Shown: positions 9,797 through 18,845, counted from the stretch's first letter. The stretch: DNA of 36,244 nt from Acetatifactor sp. (GCA_016303085.1 JAEDMI010000001.1:1-36244), one strand, 5' to 3'. The notes: generated from the sequence alone by a model not told the origin. A program made the numbers and translations.

Positions 9797-10795
9797 GTGG
9801 CGCTTACCAACTCTCAATATGAATCTATCATAAGAGACTATGAAAGAATCAGAGATACCAACCGATATCTGTCAGAATCCAGAAAAGAAAGGGTTTACCA
9901 GACCATTCCCGAGTATTGGGATTTGGAGGAGTCTGTCAGCAGCCTTTCCGTTTCCGCAGCAAAAGCCATGCTTGGGGGAGATGACAATGCCCGCAACAGG
10001 CTTCATGATAATCTGGTCAAAATCAAAGAACGTCAAAAAGAGCTTCTCGTCTCTGCCGGTTTTCCCGCCGACTACCTGGAGCCGGTCTACCGCTGTCCTC
10101 AATGCAAAGACACCGGATATGTCACCGGACCGGACAGCTTAAAGCAAAAATGTTCCTGTTTCCGTCAAAAAGAGATTTCCATTCTCTACTCCCAGTCTCA
10201 CATACAGGATATGGTTGAAAAAGAGAATTTTTCGACGCTCTCCTCCGCATACTATCAGGGGGAGGATTTGCAGCGCTTTGAAGCTGCCGTAAAATTAAGC
10301 AAAGAATTCATAAAAAAATTCAAACAGGACTACCACAATATTCTTTTTTATGGTACAGTAGGTACGGGCAAAAGCTTCCTTTCGGGATGCATTGCCAAAG
10401 AGCTGATAGATTGCGGATGCTCCGTTATCTATTTCAGCGCATCGGGGTTTTTTGATATGCTCGCCCGATATTCTTTCGATTATAAGGAAAAGGATGTTCT
10501 TCAGGATTTTTACGAGGATATCTATGGATGTGATTTGTTGATTGTAGACGACCTTGGCACGGAAATCACCAATAACTTTGTTGCATCCCAACTTTTCTCC
10601 TGCCTGAACGAACGAAATCTCCGGCAAAAGTCAACAATCATTTCCACAAACCTGAGTCTGGAAGAAATTCGCGACCGATATTCAGACCGCATTTTTTCCA
10701 GAATCACCAGTTCTTTTTCCTTGTGTAAGTTGACCGGACCGGATATACGGATTTATAAAAAACGATTTCCGAACACATCCGCTACAAATCAATAA
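9797..10795 (+). CDS. DnaC/DnaI-family helicase loader ATPase
   Basis: Zn-binding CPQC...CSC, Walker A GTVGTGKS, Walker B LLIVDDLG, TIISTNL and RIFSRI. GTG start with AGGAG RBS. Confidence 0.88.
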   Translation: MALTNSQYESIIRDYERIRDTNRYLSESRKERVYQTIPEYWDLEESVSSLSVSAAKAMLGGDDNARNRLHDNLVKIKERQKELLVSAGFPADYLEPVYRCPQCKDTGYVTGPDSLKQKCSCFRQKEISILYSQSHIQDMVEKENFSTLSSAYYQGEDLQRFEAAVKLSKEFIKKFKQDYHNILFYGTVGTGKSFLSGCIAKELIDCGCSVIYFSASGFFDMLARYSFDYKEKDVLQDFYEDIYGCDLLIVDDLGTEITNNFVASQLFSCLNERNLRQKSTIISTNLSLEEIRDRYSDRIFSRITSSFSLCKLTGPDIRIYKKRFPNTSATNQ

Positions 10796-10820
10796 TTTAC
10801 GCAAAAGTGAGGACAAGGTT

Positions 10821-12005
10821 ATGGGCAACCGCGAAGAAAAAAGAAATCTTGAGACTATTCCCGTCGGCTCTCTGGGAATGATTGCACTGGAGGGCTGCAA
10901 GCCCTTGGGCGAAAAGGTGGACAAGTATCTCGTGAAATGGAGGGCCGAAAGAGAAAGCGAGCACAAGGAATCACTTGCATTTGCCGGTTATCAGAGAGAA
11001 TCTTATCTGTTGAATGCAAAGGTTCCCCGGTTCGGCTCCGGTGAAGCCAAGGGAATGATTTTGGAATCCGTGCGCGGCACAGACCTCTATCTTCTGGTAG
11101 ATGTATGTAATTACTCTCTCACCTATTCCCTGTGCGGTCACGAGAACCACATGTCTCCCGACGATCACTATCAGGATTTAAAAAGAGTTATTGCAGCGGT
11201 TGGAGGCAAAGCACGTCGAATCACCGTCATTATGCCTTTCCTGTACGAGAGCCGTCAGCACAAGAGAACTGCAAGGGAATCTCTTGACTGTGCTCTGGCA
11301 CTGCAGGAGCTTGTACAGATGGGCGTTGACAACATCATCACCTTTGACGCCCACGACCCCAGAGTACAAAATGCGATTCCTCTTCACGGATTCGAGACAG
11401 TACAGCCCGCCTACCAGTTTATCAAAGGACTGTTGCGCAATGTAAAGGATTTGAAACTGGACTCCGACCACATGATGGTTATCAGCCCCGACGAGGGCGG
11501 TATGAGCCGCGCAATCTATATTGCCAATGTACTGGGTCTTGACATGGGTATGTTCTACAAGAGGCGTGACTATACCAGAATTGTCAACGGACGCAATCCC
11601 ATTGTTGCTCACGAGTTCCTTGGTACCAGCGTAGAAGGAAAAGATATGATTATCATTGATGATATGATTTCCTCCGGAGAGAGCGTTTTAGAGGTTGCTG
11701 CTGCTCTCAAGGAACGCAAAGCCAACAAGATTTTTGTTTTTGCAACTTTCGGTTTATTTACCAGCGGACTGGACAAGTTCGACAAAGCGTTTGAGGAAGG
11801 TATCATAGATAAGGTTCTGACAACCAACCTGATTTACCAGACTCCCGATCTGCTACAGCGTGAGTGGTATATCAACTGCGATATGAGCAAGTACATTGCC
11901 TATATCATTGACACTCTGAATCACGATTCCTCCATCAGCGATTTGTTAAACCCCAACGAAAGAATCCAAAATATCGTTGCAAAGTACAAAAAGGGTGAGC
12001 TGTAA
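10821..12005 (+). CDS. prs: Ribose-phosphate pyrophosphokinase (long clostridial type)
   Basis: Motifs RFGSGE, PFLYESRQH, FDAHDP, SPDEGG and the PRPP-binding IIIDDMISSGES. Confidence 0.95.
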   Translation: MGNREEKRNLETIPVGSLGMIALEGCKPLGEKVDKYLVKWRAERESEHKESLAFAGYQRESYLLNAKVPRFGSGEAKGMILESVRGTDLYLLVDVCNYSLTYSLCGHENHMSPDDHYQDLKRVIAAVGGKARRITVIMPFLYESRQHKRTARESLDCALALQELVQMGVDNIITFDAHDPRVQNAIPLHGFETVQPAYQFIKGLLRNVKDLKLDSDHMMVISPDEGGMSRAIYIANVLGLDMGMFYKRRDYTRIVNGRNPIVAHEFLGTSVEGKDMIIIDDMISSGESVLEVAAALKERKANKIFVFATFGLFTSGLDKFDKAFEEGIIDKVLTTNLIYQTPDLLQREWYINCDMSKYIAYIIDTLNHDSSISDLLNPNERIQNIVAKYKKGEL

Positions 12006-12019
12006 GCCAAATAATTCTG

Positions 12020-12052
12020 CCCCTGCCATTTATATTTATGGCAGGGGTTTTT
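12020..12052 (+). terminator. Rho-independent terminator after prs
   Basis: 10-bp stem CCCCTGCCAT/ATGGCAGGGG followed by TTTTT. Confidence 0.9.
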
Positions 12053-12056
12053 AAAT

Positions 12057-12086
12057 TGTTAACAGTTTTTTGTTTTGCGGTTGACA
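12057..12086. promoter_or_regulatory. BirA operator 1
   Basis: TGTTAAC-N16-GTTGACA matches the known BirA palindrome, and its right arm is the -35 of bioY. Confidence 0.8.
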
Positions 12087-12109
12087 TTTCAGGTATTCTC
12101 GTGTATATT
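12081..12109 (+). promoter_or_regulatory. Sigma-A promoter for bioY
   Basis: TTGACA-17 bp-TATATT. Confidence 0.75.
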
Positions 12110-12114
12110 CTTAT

Positions 12115-12143
12115 TGTTATCCAAATCAAATTAGTGGTTAACA
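12115..12143. promoter_or_regulatory. BirA operator 2
   Basis: TGTTATC-N15-GTTAACA, beginning at the predicted transcription start. Confidence 0.65.
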
Positions 12144-12193
12144 TTTTACCAAAAAGAAAAGTGTCTTCTGCGGCACTTTAAACGGAGGAGAAA

Positions 12194-12763
12194 ATGAGCG
12201 ATATTATTACTGAAACGAAACCCAAATTTACCGTAAAGCAGTTGGCATTAATCGGTTTGATGACGGCAGTCATCTGCGTCCTCGGTCCCCTGGCACTGAA
12301 CATTCCTGTCAGTCCCGTCCCCATTTCCCTGGGCACTTTGGCAATCTATTTTGTCGTTTCCGTGCTGGGCATGAAGCTTGGCACCATAAGCGTATTGATT
12401 TACATTCTTTTGGGCTTAGTGGGAGTTCCCGTGTTTGCAGGATTTACTTCAGGCCCCGGAAAACTCTTCGGCCCCACCGGCGGATATATCATTGGGTATA
12501 TTTTTATGGCTCTCATCTGCGGCTTCTTTGTAGACAAATTTGGGCGTAAACTGCCTATTTATTTCCTTGGTATGTTGCTGGGCACCGCCGTATGCTATCT
12601 TCTGGGAACTCTATGGCTCGGCTTCCAGATGGATATGAGCTTTCCAAAGGCTCTTATGGCAGGTGTAATCCCCTATATTCCCGGTGATCTCGTTAAACTG
12701 ATTATCGCAATGATTATAGGCTTTCAGGTGAGAAAAAGGCTGCTAAAGGCAGGTCTTGTATAA
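12194..12763 (+). CDS. bioY: Biotin ECF transporter S-component BioY
   Basis: Hydrophobic protein with PVPISLGT, YILLGLVGVPVFAG, GPTGGYIIG and PYIPGDLVK. BirA sites upstream and GGAGG RBS. Confidence 0.95.
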   Translation: MSDIITETKPKFTVKQLALIGLMTAVICVLGPLALNIPVSPVPISLGTLAIYFVVSVLGMKLGTISVLIYILLGLVGVPVFAGFTSGPGKLFGPTGGYIIGYIFMALICGFFVDKFGRKLPIYFLGMLLGTAVCYLLGTLWLGFQMDMSFPKALMAGVIPYIPGDLVKLIIAMIIGFQVRKRLLKAGLV

Positions 12764-12780
12764 AAAGTACACAGACATAG

Positions 12781-12819
12781 AAAGTCCCCGGTTCCAAAGG
12801 CGGAGCCGGGGATTTCTTT
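12781..12819. terminator. Bidirectional terminator between convergent genes
   Basis: Stem TCCCCGGTTCC/GGAGCCGGGGA flanked by A-rich and T-rich ends. Confidence 0.8.
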
Positions 12820-13345
12820 AACCTTTATAAGTATCGTACAGTGACACAATGTTTCCCATGGAATCGTACATGGTAATCTCGCCGCAATTGACAGGAAGTA
12901 CTACCGCAAAAGGTTTCAGCGGGTCAACCATGATAGTCTCCTCTGTCCCATTATTATCTATCACAATCTTATTTACCTTGTCCTCGTTCAACGATAAAAG
13001 TGCAATTCCTTTATCCTCGTAGATAATTCCCTGAACGCCATCCTCTATGTACGGATATCCGGAGCCACCCTCCCGGAAAAAGTATCCGAAAGATATTCCG
13101 TTTCTTGTAAGATATACTGAATATGTATACTCATCCTTGTCTTCGTTATAAAAAAGCAAAGCACATATATCCTCGTTGGCGTCCTGAGCCACTTCCCAAT
13201 CACTGCTTATCTTTTGCGATTCCCTCGCATCCTGTTCAATTCTGCTTTGAGATACCCCAAAAATTCCTACCTGCCATATTATCAGAAATGCAAGCAAAAC
13301 AATCACTAAAGCACCCAGAAAAATAGAAATCTTTTCTGTCTTCAC
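12818..13345 (-). CDS. Hypothetical protein with single N-terminal membrane anchor
   Basis: Hydrophobic ISIFLGALVIVLLAFLIIWQVGIF followed by an acidic soluble domain. Best start is GTG 13345 (GGAGG 8 nt upstream). No family recognised. Confidence 0.75.
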   Translation of the reverse strand: MKTEKISIFLGALVIVLLAFLIIWQVGIFGVSQSRIEQDARESQKISSDWEVAQDANEDICALLFYNEDKDEYTYSVYLTRNGISFGYFFREGGSGYPYIEDGVQGIIYEDKGIALLSLNEDKVNKIVIDNNGTEETIMVDPLKPFAVVLPVNCGEITMYDSMGNIVSLYDTYKG

Positions 13346-13505
13346 TTTTGTAACCTCCTCCATAAGACCTTCTGATATTTCTATATACAGCATAACGGCA
13401 AACCGCCGCTCTGCTGTCAAATCGAAATACCTAGTATATTTTACAATAAATGGATATCTGTTGTCATCTTATCCGGGTAAAAATTAAAAAAGAATTAAGA
13501 ATACC

Positions 13506-13533
13506 TTGACATTCGCTCCGTTTACAGTATAAT
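13506..13533 (+). promoter_or_regulatory. Sigma-A promoter for queT leader
   Basis: TTGACA-16 bp-TATAAT, both hexamers consensus. Confidence 0.85.
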
Positions 13534-13577
13534 AAACCCTTGGGAAAGCCCGTAAATTCAAGGTTTTTCCAACACAC

Positions 13578-13712
13578 GGTGAGTTCGAGACCTTCCTCAC
13601 CTCAGTCTGAAACCTAAAGGTTCCGGACTGTCGCGGTGCCCGTCGAGTTTCCGTTTATGCAAGCATAACGGAATTTCTCCTCGCTACCCGCGCAAAAACA
13701 AAACTAAAGGAG
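13578..13712 (+). ncRNA. preQ1-I-like riboswitch with large insertion
   Basis: P1 GGTGAG/CTCACC closes the loop TTCGAGACCTTC. The A-rich tail AAAAACAAAACTAA (13694-13707) abuts the SD AGGAG. It lies upstream of queT, and P1 and tail are separated by 92 nt of hairpins. Confidence 0.75.
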
Positions 13713-13719
13713 AGAAAAA

Positions 13720-14217
13720 ATGAATAAGAAAGTATTGTTTATCGTTCACGCAGCGGTTATCGCTGCTCTTTACGTCGTGCTGACATTGTTGGCCAACGCT
13801 CTGGGATTAGCCAATTATGCTGTCCAAGTCCGTTTTTCGGAAGCCCTCACCATCTTACCTTTTTTTACACCTGCTGCTATACCGGGACTGTGCATCGGAT
13901 GCCTGTTATCCAATATTTTGACCGGCTGTGCGCTTCCCGACATTATTTTCGGAACCGTGGCCACACTGCTGGGTGCTGTATTTACCTACATTCTCCGAAA
14001 ATATAAATGGCTGGCTCCCATCCCGCCTATTGTGGCAAATACAATCATCGTTCCCTTCGTCCTGCTCTATGCATATGGAATCCGGCCTCTCTGGCTGTCT
14101 TTTCTGACTGTAGGCGCAGGAGAAATCATATCCTGCGGAATTCTGGGAATATTGTTACTGAACGTCCTTAATAAGTACAAGCGCTATCTCTTTCCCAATC
14201 TACACAACTCAAACTAA
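13720..14217 (+). CDS. queT: QueT family queuosine-precursor ECF transporter S-component
   Basis: Motifs AAVIAALYVVLT, VQVRFSEALTILPFF, GCLLSN, DIIFGTVATL and VGAGE, plus the preQ1-like leader. Confidence 0.92.
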   Translation: MNKKVLFIVHAAVIAALYVVLTLLANALGLANYAVQVRFSEALTILPFFTPAAIPGLCIGCLLSNILTGCALPDIIFGTVATLLGAVFTYILRKYKWLAPIPPIVANTIIVPFVLLYAYGIRPLWLSFLTVGAGEIISCGILGILLLNVLNKYKRYLFPNLHNSN

Positions 14218-14220
14218 TCT

Positions 14221-14259
14221 AAAAACGGATGCCCCAAAAGAATCGGGGCATCCGTTTTT
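14221..14259. terminator. Bidirectional terminator
   Basis: Perfect 15-bp inverted repeat AAAAACGGATGCCCC/GGGGCATCCGTTTTT between convergent genes. Confidence 0.92.
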
Positions 14260-16789
14260 ATCCATCATTTTCGATATAAGTGATAAAACAATTTCCGTTG
14301 TCTTTGAACCATTCCGCAGAATCGTTCATTCCCTTTTTATAAAGCCTGCCTGTAGACGGCTCCATAATCACTACATTAAATTCATTAAATCCCGTAACCA
14401 AGACAGCCTCGCCGTCCTCCAGCAGAGCCAGCACGGGAATATCCCTGTTTACATAATAGAGCATAGCATCCAGACTGCAACCCGTCATATCAAGTACCCG
14501 AGTATTCTCCAGATTCTCCTCCAGCACCTCCAGCACGGTCCTGTCCTGTGCCAGGAGATATTCCGAATTGCGGACCAGTCCTTCAAACCTGAAGATGGTA
14601 TCCAGACACACGGCCACACTGTTTTTCTCCTCGGTAACGGAAGCCTCCTTAATTGCCATAATCTGATTTCGCGTCACGCGATTGCCCTTCAACCAAATGC
14701 ATTTTCCGCTGTTGTCCACGACTACGCCGGAAATATCATACGCCCGATTTACCGCCTTGGCAGGTGAAGTATATATACCATCTACACCATAGGCGCCATA
14801 GACATAATATCTGTCTGCTTCCTTTTTATCCGGCAGGGAAATCATTCTGCCTCCCTCGAATACCACCTCTTTCGGAGTCAATACCATGATATTCTTCACG
14901 TCTATAGTGCTTCGGGTCTGAATCTGGACATATCGTTCATATACATCGATATCTGCCGCCACTATCACATTCTTTCCCGCAGTAATCTTCGCACTGTTCA
15001 TGATATGATCCTGATAGGTTTCTTCATACTCCCCGTTTTCCAGTCTCTGTAGCCGGTTCAGCACAATCTGGTTTTCTTCCACTGTACAGTCTGTAACATA
15101 AATATCCGGCTGACTATATTCCTTCAGCAATTCCCCTTCGGAATTGCAAATGCAAACTTTATACATCGGGAAAAGAATTCTTCCGGAGCTTTCCTTTACG
15201 ATATCCTCCTTTCGGGCAATTCCATAAATGATATCCTCATCAATAAATCCCAACGGCATGATGACATCGTCTTCCGGAACGGTAACGGCTTTTCTCGCAT
15301 CATTGTTCAAATTTCGTATATTCAGCATGCTGCTGTGATAAATATCTTCTCCCTCCGACCAGATGATAATCTTATGATTATCCGATACCTGAAGGGTACC
15401 GCTCTGACCGATGTCAATCAGTTCCGTTCCCGTTCTCTCCACCAAATCAATACCGTATACACTGTTGTTCAGCGCCAGGTAAAGCTGTCCGTCACGATTC
15501 AGGTACAAAAGCCGTTCTACCTCTGCTGCCAGCACCGGATAAGGCTTTTCGGAGGAAATATAAACCAGTTCTTCTATGGTGTTGAGCCCGCTGTTATAGG
15601 TATATACCTGGATTCCGACCTCTCCTTCATGTCTTCCCCTGTTCATATATCCATAGACTGCAAATTGTACATTTCCACCCTCATCCACATCCAGTATTTT
15701 GATGGAATGTTGATTATAAATTGTCCTCGCATCAGCGTTATCATCATCATAAAAACCAAAAATGACCGTAAGCTTATTGGCGGTAACATCATAACTGAAC
15801 AACCTGTTTGCCACCTCAAAAACCACAATATTGCCGTCCTCACTCTCCAGCATGGGGACATCCGTATCTGTAATTCCCAGCAAAATCTTGTCGTTTCCAT
15901 ACATGTCCTCAGGGTCAGGTATCTGAGTCATGGTGCGTTCGTAGTCCAACAGATACATTCTTTCTGTGGAATAGCGTATTCTGTAATACTCTTCTACCAT
16001 ATAATAAGTCAAATCCCGTCCTTCGGAGGTTGACACAACAAAATCCACCAAGAACGACGCCGTCTGTCCCGCAATTTCCTTCATCTGAACTATCGGCTCA
16101 ATAGTTTCACTGACATTCAGTTCTCCCCAGGTAATCTGCCGGAAGCTACTGTGTATATTCACCTTGTGGAAGCTGCTGTTGTCCTCCAGTTTTGAATTGG
16201 TCTCCAGATATTTCGTCAGTTCTCTGGCTGCCTCGCGGTCGTACAGACGCTGATGAAAGTCGATGACATACTCCAGCTTTTCCCTGGCATGAAGACTTTC
16301 GCTCCAGATTACTTTTGTGTAATAATAAATTTGTCTGGTCTCATCCAGTTCCAAAATAACGGCGAGGGAATATTCCGCGTCAGAATCAATCAAATCCTTC
16401 AGTGCAATTTTACCGCGTATCCTATCTCCTTTTTTTTCATATTCTGTAATTTCCGTATCTTCTATTAATCTGGAACCATCTATATTTCTGACTTCAATGG
16501 AAATACCCGTCACGTTTTCCCCGTAAGTATCCACAAAGAAGTCGGTATCACGGCTTTCCCCCAGAACAGTCACCGTATCTCGCTGGAACGCGGTGTCCAT
16601 AGCCTGTACATAACCGTGAAGCTGATTATACGCCACACCGTCCATCTCCATTGTGACAGTCGGAAGCGTAGCCGGAGCCATTTCCACAGTCAGGTTATCA
16701 TGCCCTTTATTTATAATTTTACCGATTACTATCAGTGCCAGAATAAATGTGGCAGCGAAAACGGCAATCTTTACTATGCCCTTTTTCAT
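14258..16789 (-). CDS. 843-aa membrane-anchored hypothetical protein, possible degenerate C39-like C-terminal domain
   Basis: Long ORF with AAGGAG RBS, ATGA overlap with the upstream gene, an N-terminal transmembrane segment and an acidic beta-rich body. Confidence 0.85.
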   Translation of the reverse strand: MKKGIVKIAVFAATFILALIVIGKIINKGHDNLTVEMAPATLPTVTMEMDGVAYNQLHGYVQAMDTAFQRDTVTVLGESRDTDFFVDTYGENVTGISIEVRNIDGSRLIEDTEITEYEKKGDRIRGKIALKDLIDSDAEYSLAVILELDETRQIYYYTKVIWSESLHAREKLEYVIDFHQRLYDREAARELTKYLETNSKLEDNSSFHKVNIHSSFRQITWGELNVSETIEPIVQMKEIAGQTASFLVDFVVSTSEGRDLTYYMVEEYYRIRYSTERMYLLDYERTMTQIPDPEDMYGNDKILLGITDTDVPMLESEDGNIVVFEVANRLFSYDVTANKLTVIFGFYDDDNADARTIYNQHSIKILDVDEGGNVQFAVYGYMNRGRHEGEVGIQVYTYNSGLNTIEELVYISSEKPYPVLAAEVERLLYLNRDGQLYLALNNSVYGIDLVERTGTELIDIGQSGTLQVSDNHKIIIWSEGEDIYHSSMLNIRNLNNDARKAVTVPEDDVIMPLGFIDEDIIYGIARKEDIVKESSGRILFPMYKVCICNSEGELLKEYSQPDIYVTDCTVEENQIVLNRLQRLENGEYEETYQDHIMNSAKITAGKNVIVAADIDVYERYVQIQTRSTIDVKNIMVLTPKEVVFEGGRMISLPDKKEADRYYVYGAYGVDGIYTSPAKAVNRAYDISGVVVDNSGKCIWLKGNRVTRNQIMAIKEASVTEEKNSVAVCLDTIFRFEGLVRNSEYLLAQDRTVLEVLEENLENTRVLDMTGCSLDAMLYYVNRDIPVLALLEDGEAVLVTGFNEFNVVIMEPSTGRLYKKGMNDSAEWFKDNGNCFITYIENDG

Positions 16790-17967
16790 AACAGCTCCTT
16801 CAGTGTAGGATTCACCTGCAAAAATTCAGTCACCTCATCGATGGAAGAGGGTTTTCCGGCCGGGCGCATTTTTCCGGTTTTTACTGCCCGAATCAACAGA
16901 TTCTTTGGGGTGTGCTCCATGTCGATAAATTCCAGTATCTGTGTATCATACCCATTTTGCTCCAGAATATCTGCCCGCAGGGCATCCGTAATCAGCGCCG
17001 CCATTCTTTCCCGTATAATACCGTATTTCAGCACCGGACGAAGCAAATCACAATGTATCTGCCCGTTCAGCTCATGCTGGCAGCAGGGCACTGCCATAAT
17101 AACCTCCGCCCCCCATTTTACAGCCTTCTCAAGGGCATAATCTGTCGCCTTGTCACAGGCATGAAGAGAAACTACCATGTCCACCTTGTCCACACCCGTA
17201 TAACCCTGAATATCCCCCACTTCAAAGTCAAGCATATCGTAGTGAAGCTTTCGCGCCAGCTCGTTACAATGAGCAATGACTTCCGCTTTCAGGTTCAGAC
17301 CCGTCACCCGAATATCACGTCCCTGAATCTGATGCAGATAGTGATACATTGCAAAGGTCAGATAAGACTTTCCGCAGCCGAAATCAATAATACGGATTGT
17401 TCTTCCCACGGGAAGCTTATCCAGAATATCCTCTATAAATTCCAGATAACGGTTAATCTGGCGGAACTTGTCATAATATGCCTTGGACACACGTCCGTCA
17501 GGGGTCTGTACTCCCAGGCCCACAAGGAAGTCCACAGGCTCTCCTTCCCTCAGAATATACTGTTTGGAACGATTATGGGATAAATCCCTCCTTGCAGATT
17601 CCGATGTCCCGCCCCGGGGATTCTCAGACAAATCTTTTTTCTTTCTCTTTGTCGTAACTGTTCCCTTTTTACTCACCAATATTGAAATATCTTCCGTCTC
17701 GCAACTGATTTGTGCCTGTCGAAACAGATTATCCATATATTCATCCAGTCTCTCCGCCAATTCCATCGCGCCGAAATTTGCATGAAAAACCTGAGTGTCG
17801 CGGTAAAGCGTTTCCTGAAAAAACAGATCTCCCTTAATAAGTACCGGGCGGACTTTTACCTTCACCGCCCTATCTGCATCCCGCGTATTGCTCAAGGTCA
17901 CCTGTATCAGTTCTCTGTTTAACACCTGCCGAAAAATATTCCCGCATTCCTTCATACGACTTTTCAA
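16786..17967 (-). CDS. Class I SAM-dependent methyltransferase
   Basis: Motifs KFRQINRYLE, IIDFGCGKSYLTF, LHACD..TD, VPCCQHE and EHTPKN. Start is TTG 17967 or ATG 17955. Confidence 0.88.
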   Translation of the reverse strand: MKSRMKECGNIFRQVLNRELIQVTLSNTRDADRAVKVKVRPVLIKGDLFFQETLYRDTQVFHANFGAMELAERLDEYMDNLFRQAQISCETEDISILVSKKGTVTTKRKKKDLSENPRGGTSESARRDLSHNRSKQYILREGEPVDFLVGLGVQTPDGRVSKAYYDKFRQINRYLEFIEDILDKLPVGRTIRIIDFGCGKSYLTFAMYHYLHQIQGRDIRVTGLNLKAEVIAHCNELARKLHYDMLDFEVGDIQGYTGVDKVDMVVSLHACDKATDYALEKAVKWGAEVIMAVPCCQHELNGQIHCDLLRPVLKYGIIRERMAALITDALRADILEQNGYDTQILEFIDMEHTPKNLLIRAVKTGKMRPAGKPSSIDEVTEFLQVNPTLKELL

Positions 17968-18371
17968 AAAATCCTTTCGTACATTCCGCGCCTTCCGCCA
18001 TGTCGGCGCTTAAAAATTTCGTTAAATAAAAGTATCTGTATCATACCCTCCGAAGGGGGATTTTTTTCTTCGTTCTGCAGCACTTTCAACATAGAGCCTG
18101 CCAGCGCCCTGAGGCTGTACCGGTCAGGATACTCGTCGTAAATCATGCTGCCCTCATAATCTGCTTTATCCAACACTTCTGCAATTCTTTTCTGGTAGCG
18201 TTTCACATCCGCAGGATACATCTGCTGAAGATACTCCAAATCCTGCAGCAATAATGCCTCCTGCCCCGGTCCAAAATATCCGGGATAAGACATATAAAAA
18301 GGAAGGGGCCCGTTCCAGCCCCTTACCCTTTGTTCTACAGGCGGCTGTAACAGCTTAGAATGAAATTCCAT
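17964..18371 (-). CDS. Hypothetical protein
   Basis: 135-aa ORF with GAGGA RBS, whose stop overlaps the next start. Contains DLEYLQQMYP and YEGSMIYDEYPD. No function assignable. Confidence 0.8.
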   Translation of the reverse strand: MEFHSKLLQPPVEQRVRGWNGPLPFYMSYPGYFGPGQEALLLQDLEYLQQMYPADVKRYQKRIAEVLDKADYEGSMIYDEYPDRYSLRALAGSMLKVLQNEEKNPPSEGMIQILLFNEIFKRRHGGRRGMYERIF

Positions 18372-18398
18372 ATGCGTTCCTCAAAATAGCTTTTTTAC

Positions 18399-18425
18399 AG
18401 CATATGCAGATTTCCGGCTAATCGT
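18399..18425 (-). promoter_or_regulatory. Possible SigK/SigE-type sporulation promoter
   Basis: AC-17 bp-CATATGCT, fitting AC-N16/17-CATANNNT. This is a low-information motif. Confidence 0.4.
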
Positions 18426-18440
18426 TACATTCGCCTTTTC

Positions 18441-18845
18441 TCATCGTAATACTTCAATACGTGCCATTGCACGCTGAAGAGCAGTCTCGGCACGCACAAT
18501 ATCCGTCTCCGGTGTTTTGGAACGAAGTCTCTCCTCCGCACGCTCCTTTGCCGCCTCTGCACGCTCCTCATCGATTTCTTCCGGCCATTCGATAACTTCC
18601 GCAAGAATTGTCACACTGTCCGGAAGTATCTCGGCAAACCCCGCATGGAGCGCCGCCTGCTTGTCGCCCTCGGCTTCCGTAATATTCAGAATACCCGGCT
18701 TCACGATAACAGTCAGCGGAATGTGCCCCGGCAGTACACCGATTTCTCCCTCCGTGGTATTAAACTCCACCATTTCCACCTGATTCTCGTAAAATACTCT
18801 GTCCGGTGTAATAATGCGCAGAAGAAAACTGTTCTTATCTGCCAT
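18441..18845 (-). CDS. atpC: ATP synthase F1 epsilon
   Basis: Motifs IITPDR and GEIGVLPGHIP, C-terminal helical hairpin, last gene of the atp operon. Confidence 0.96.
   Translation of the reverse strand: MADKNSFLLRIITPDRVFYENQVEMVEFNTTEGEIGVLPGHIPLTVIVKPGILNITEAEGDKQAALHAGFAEILPDSVTILAEVIEWPEEIDEERAEAAKERAEERLRSKTPETDIVRAETALQRAMARIEVLR

Noticed and set aside
8684..10795. dnaD plus dnaC-like pair as a prophage or ICE replication module
   Set aside because: No integrase, phage or conjugation genes are present, and the pair is embedded between murC and prs with tight operon spacing.
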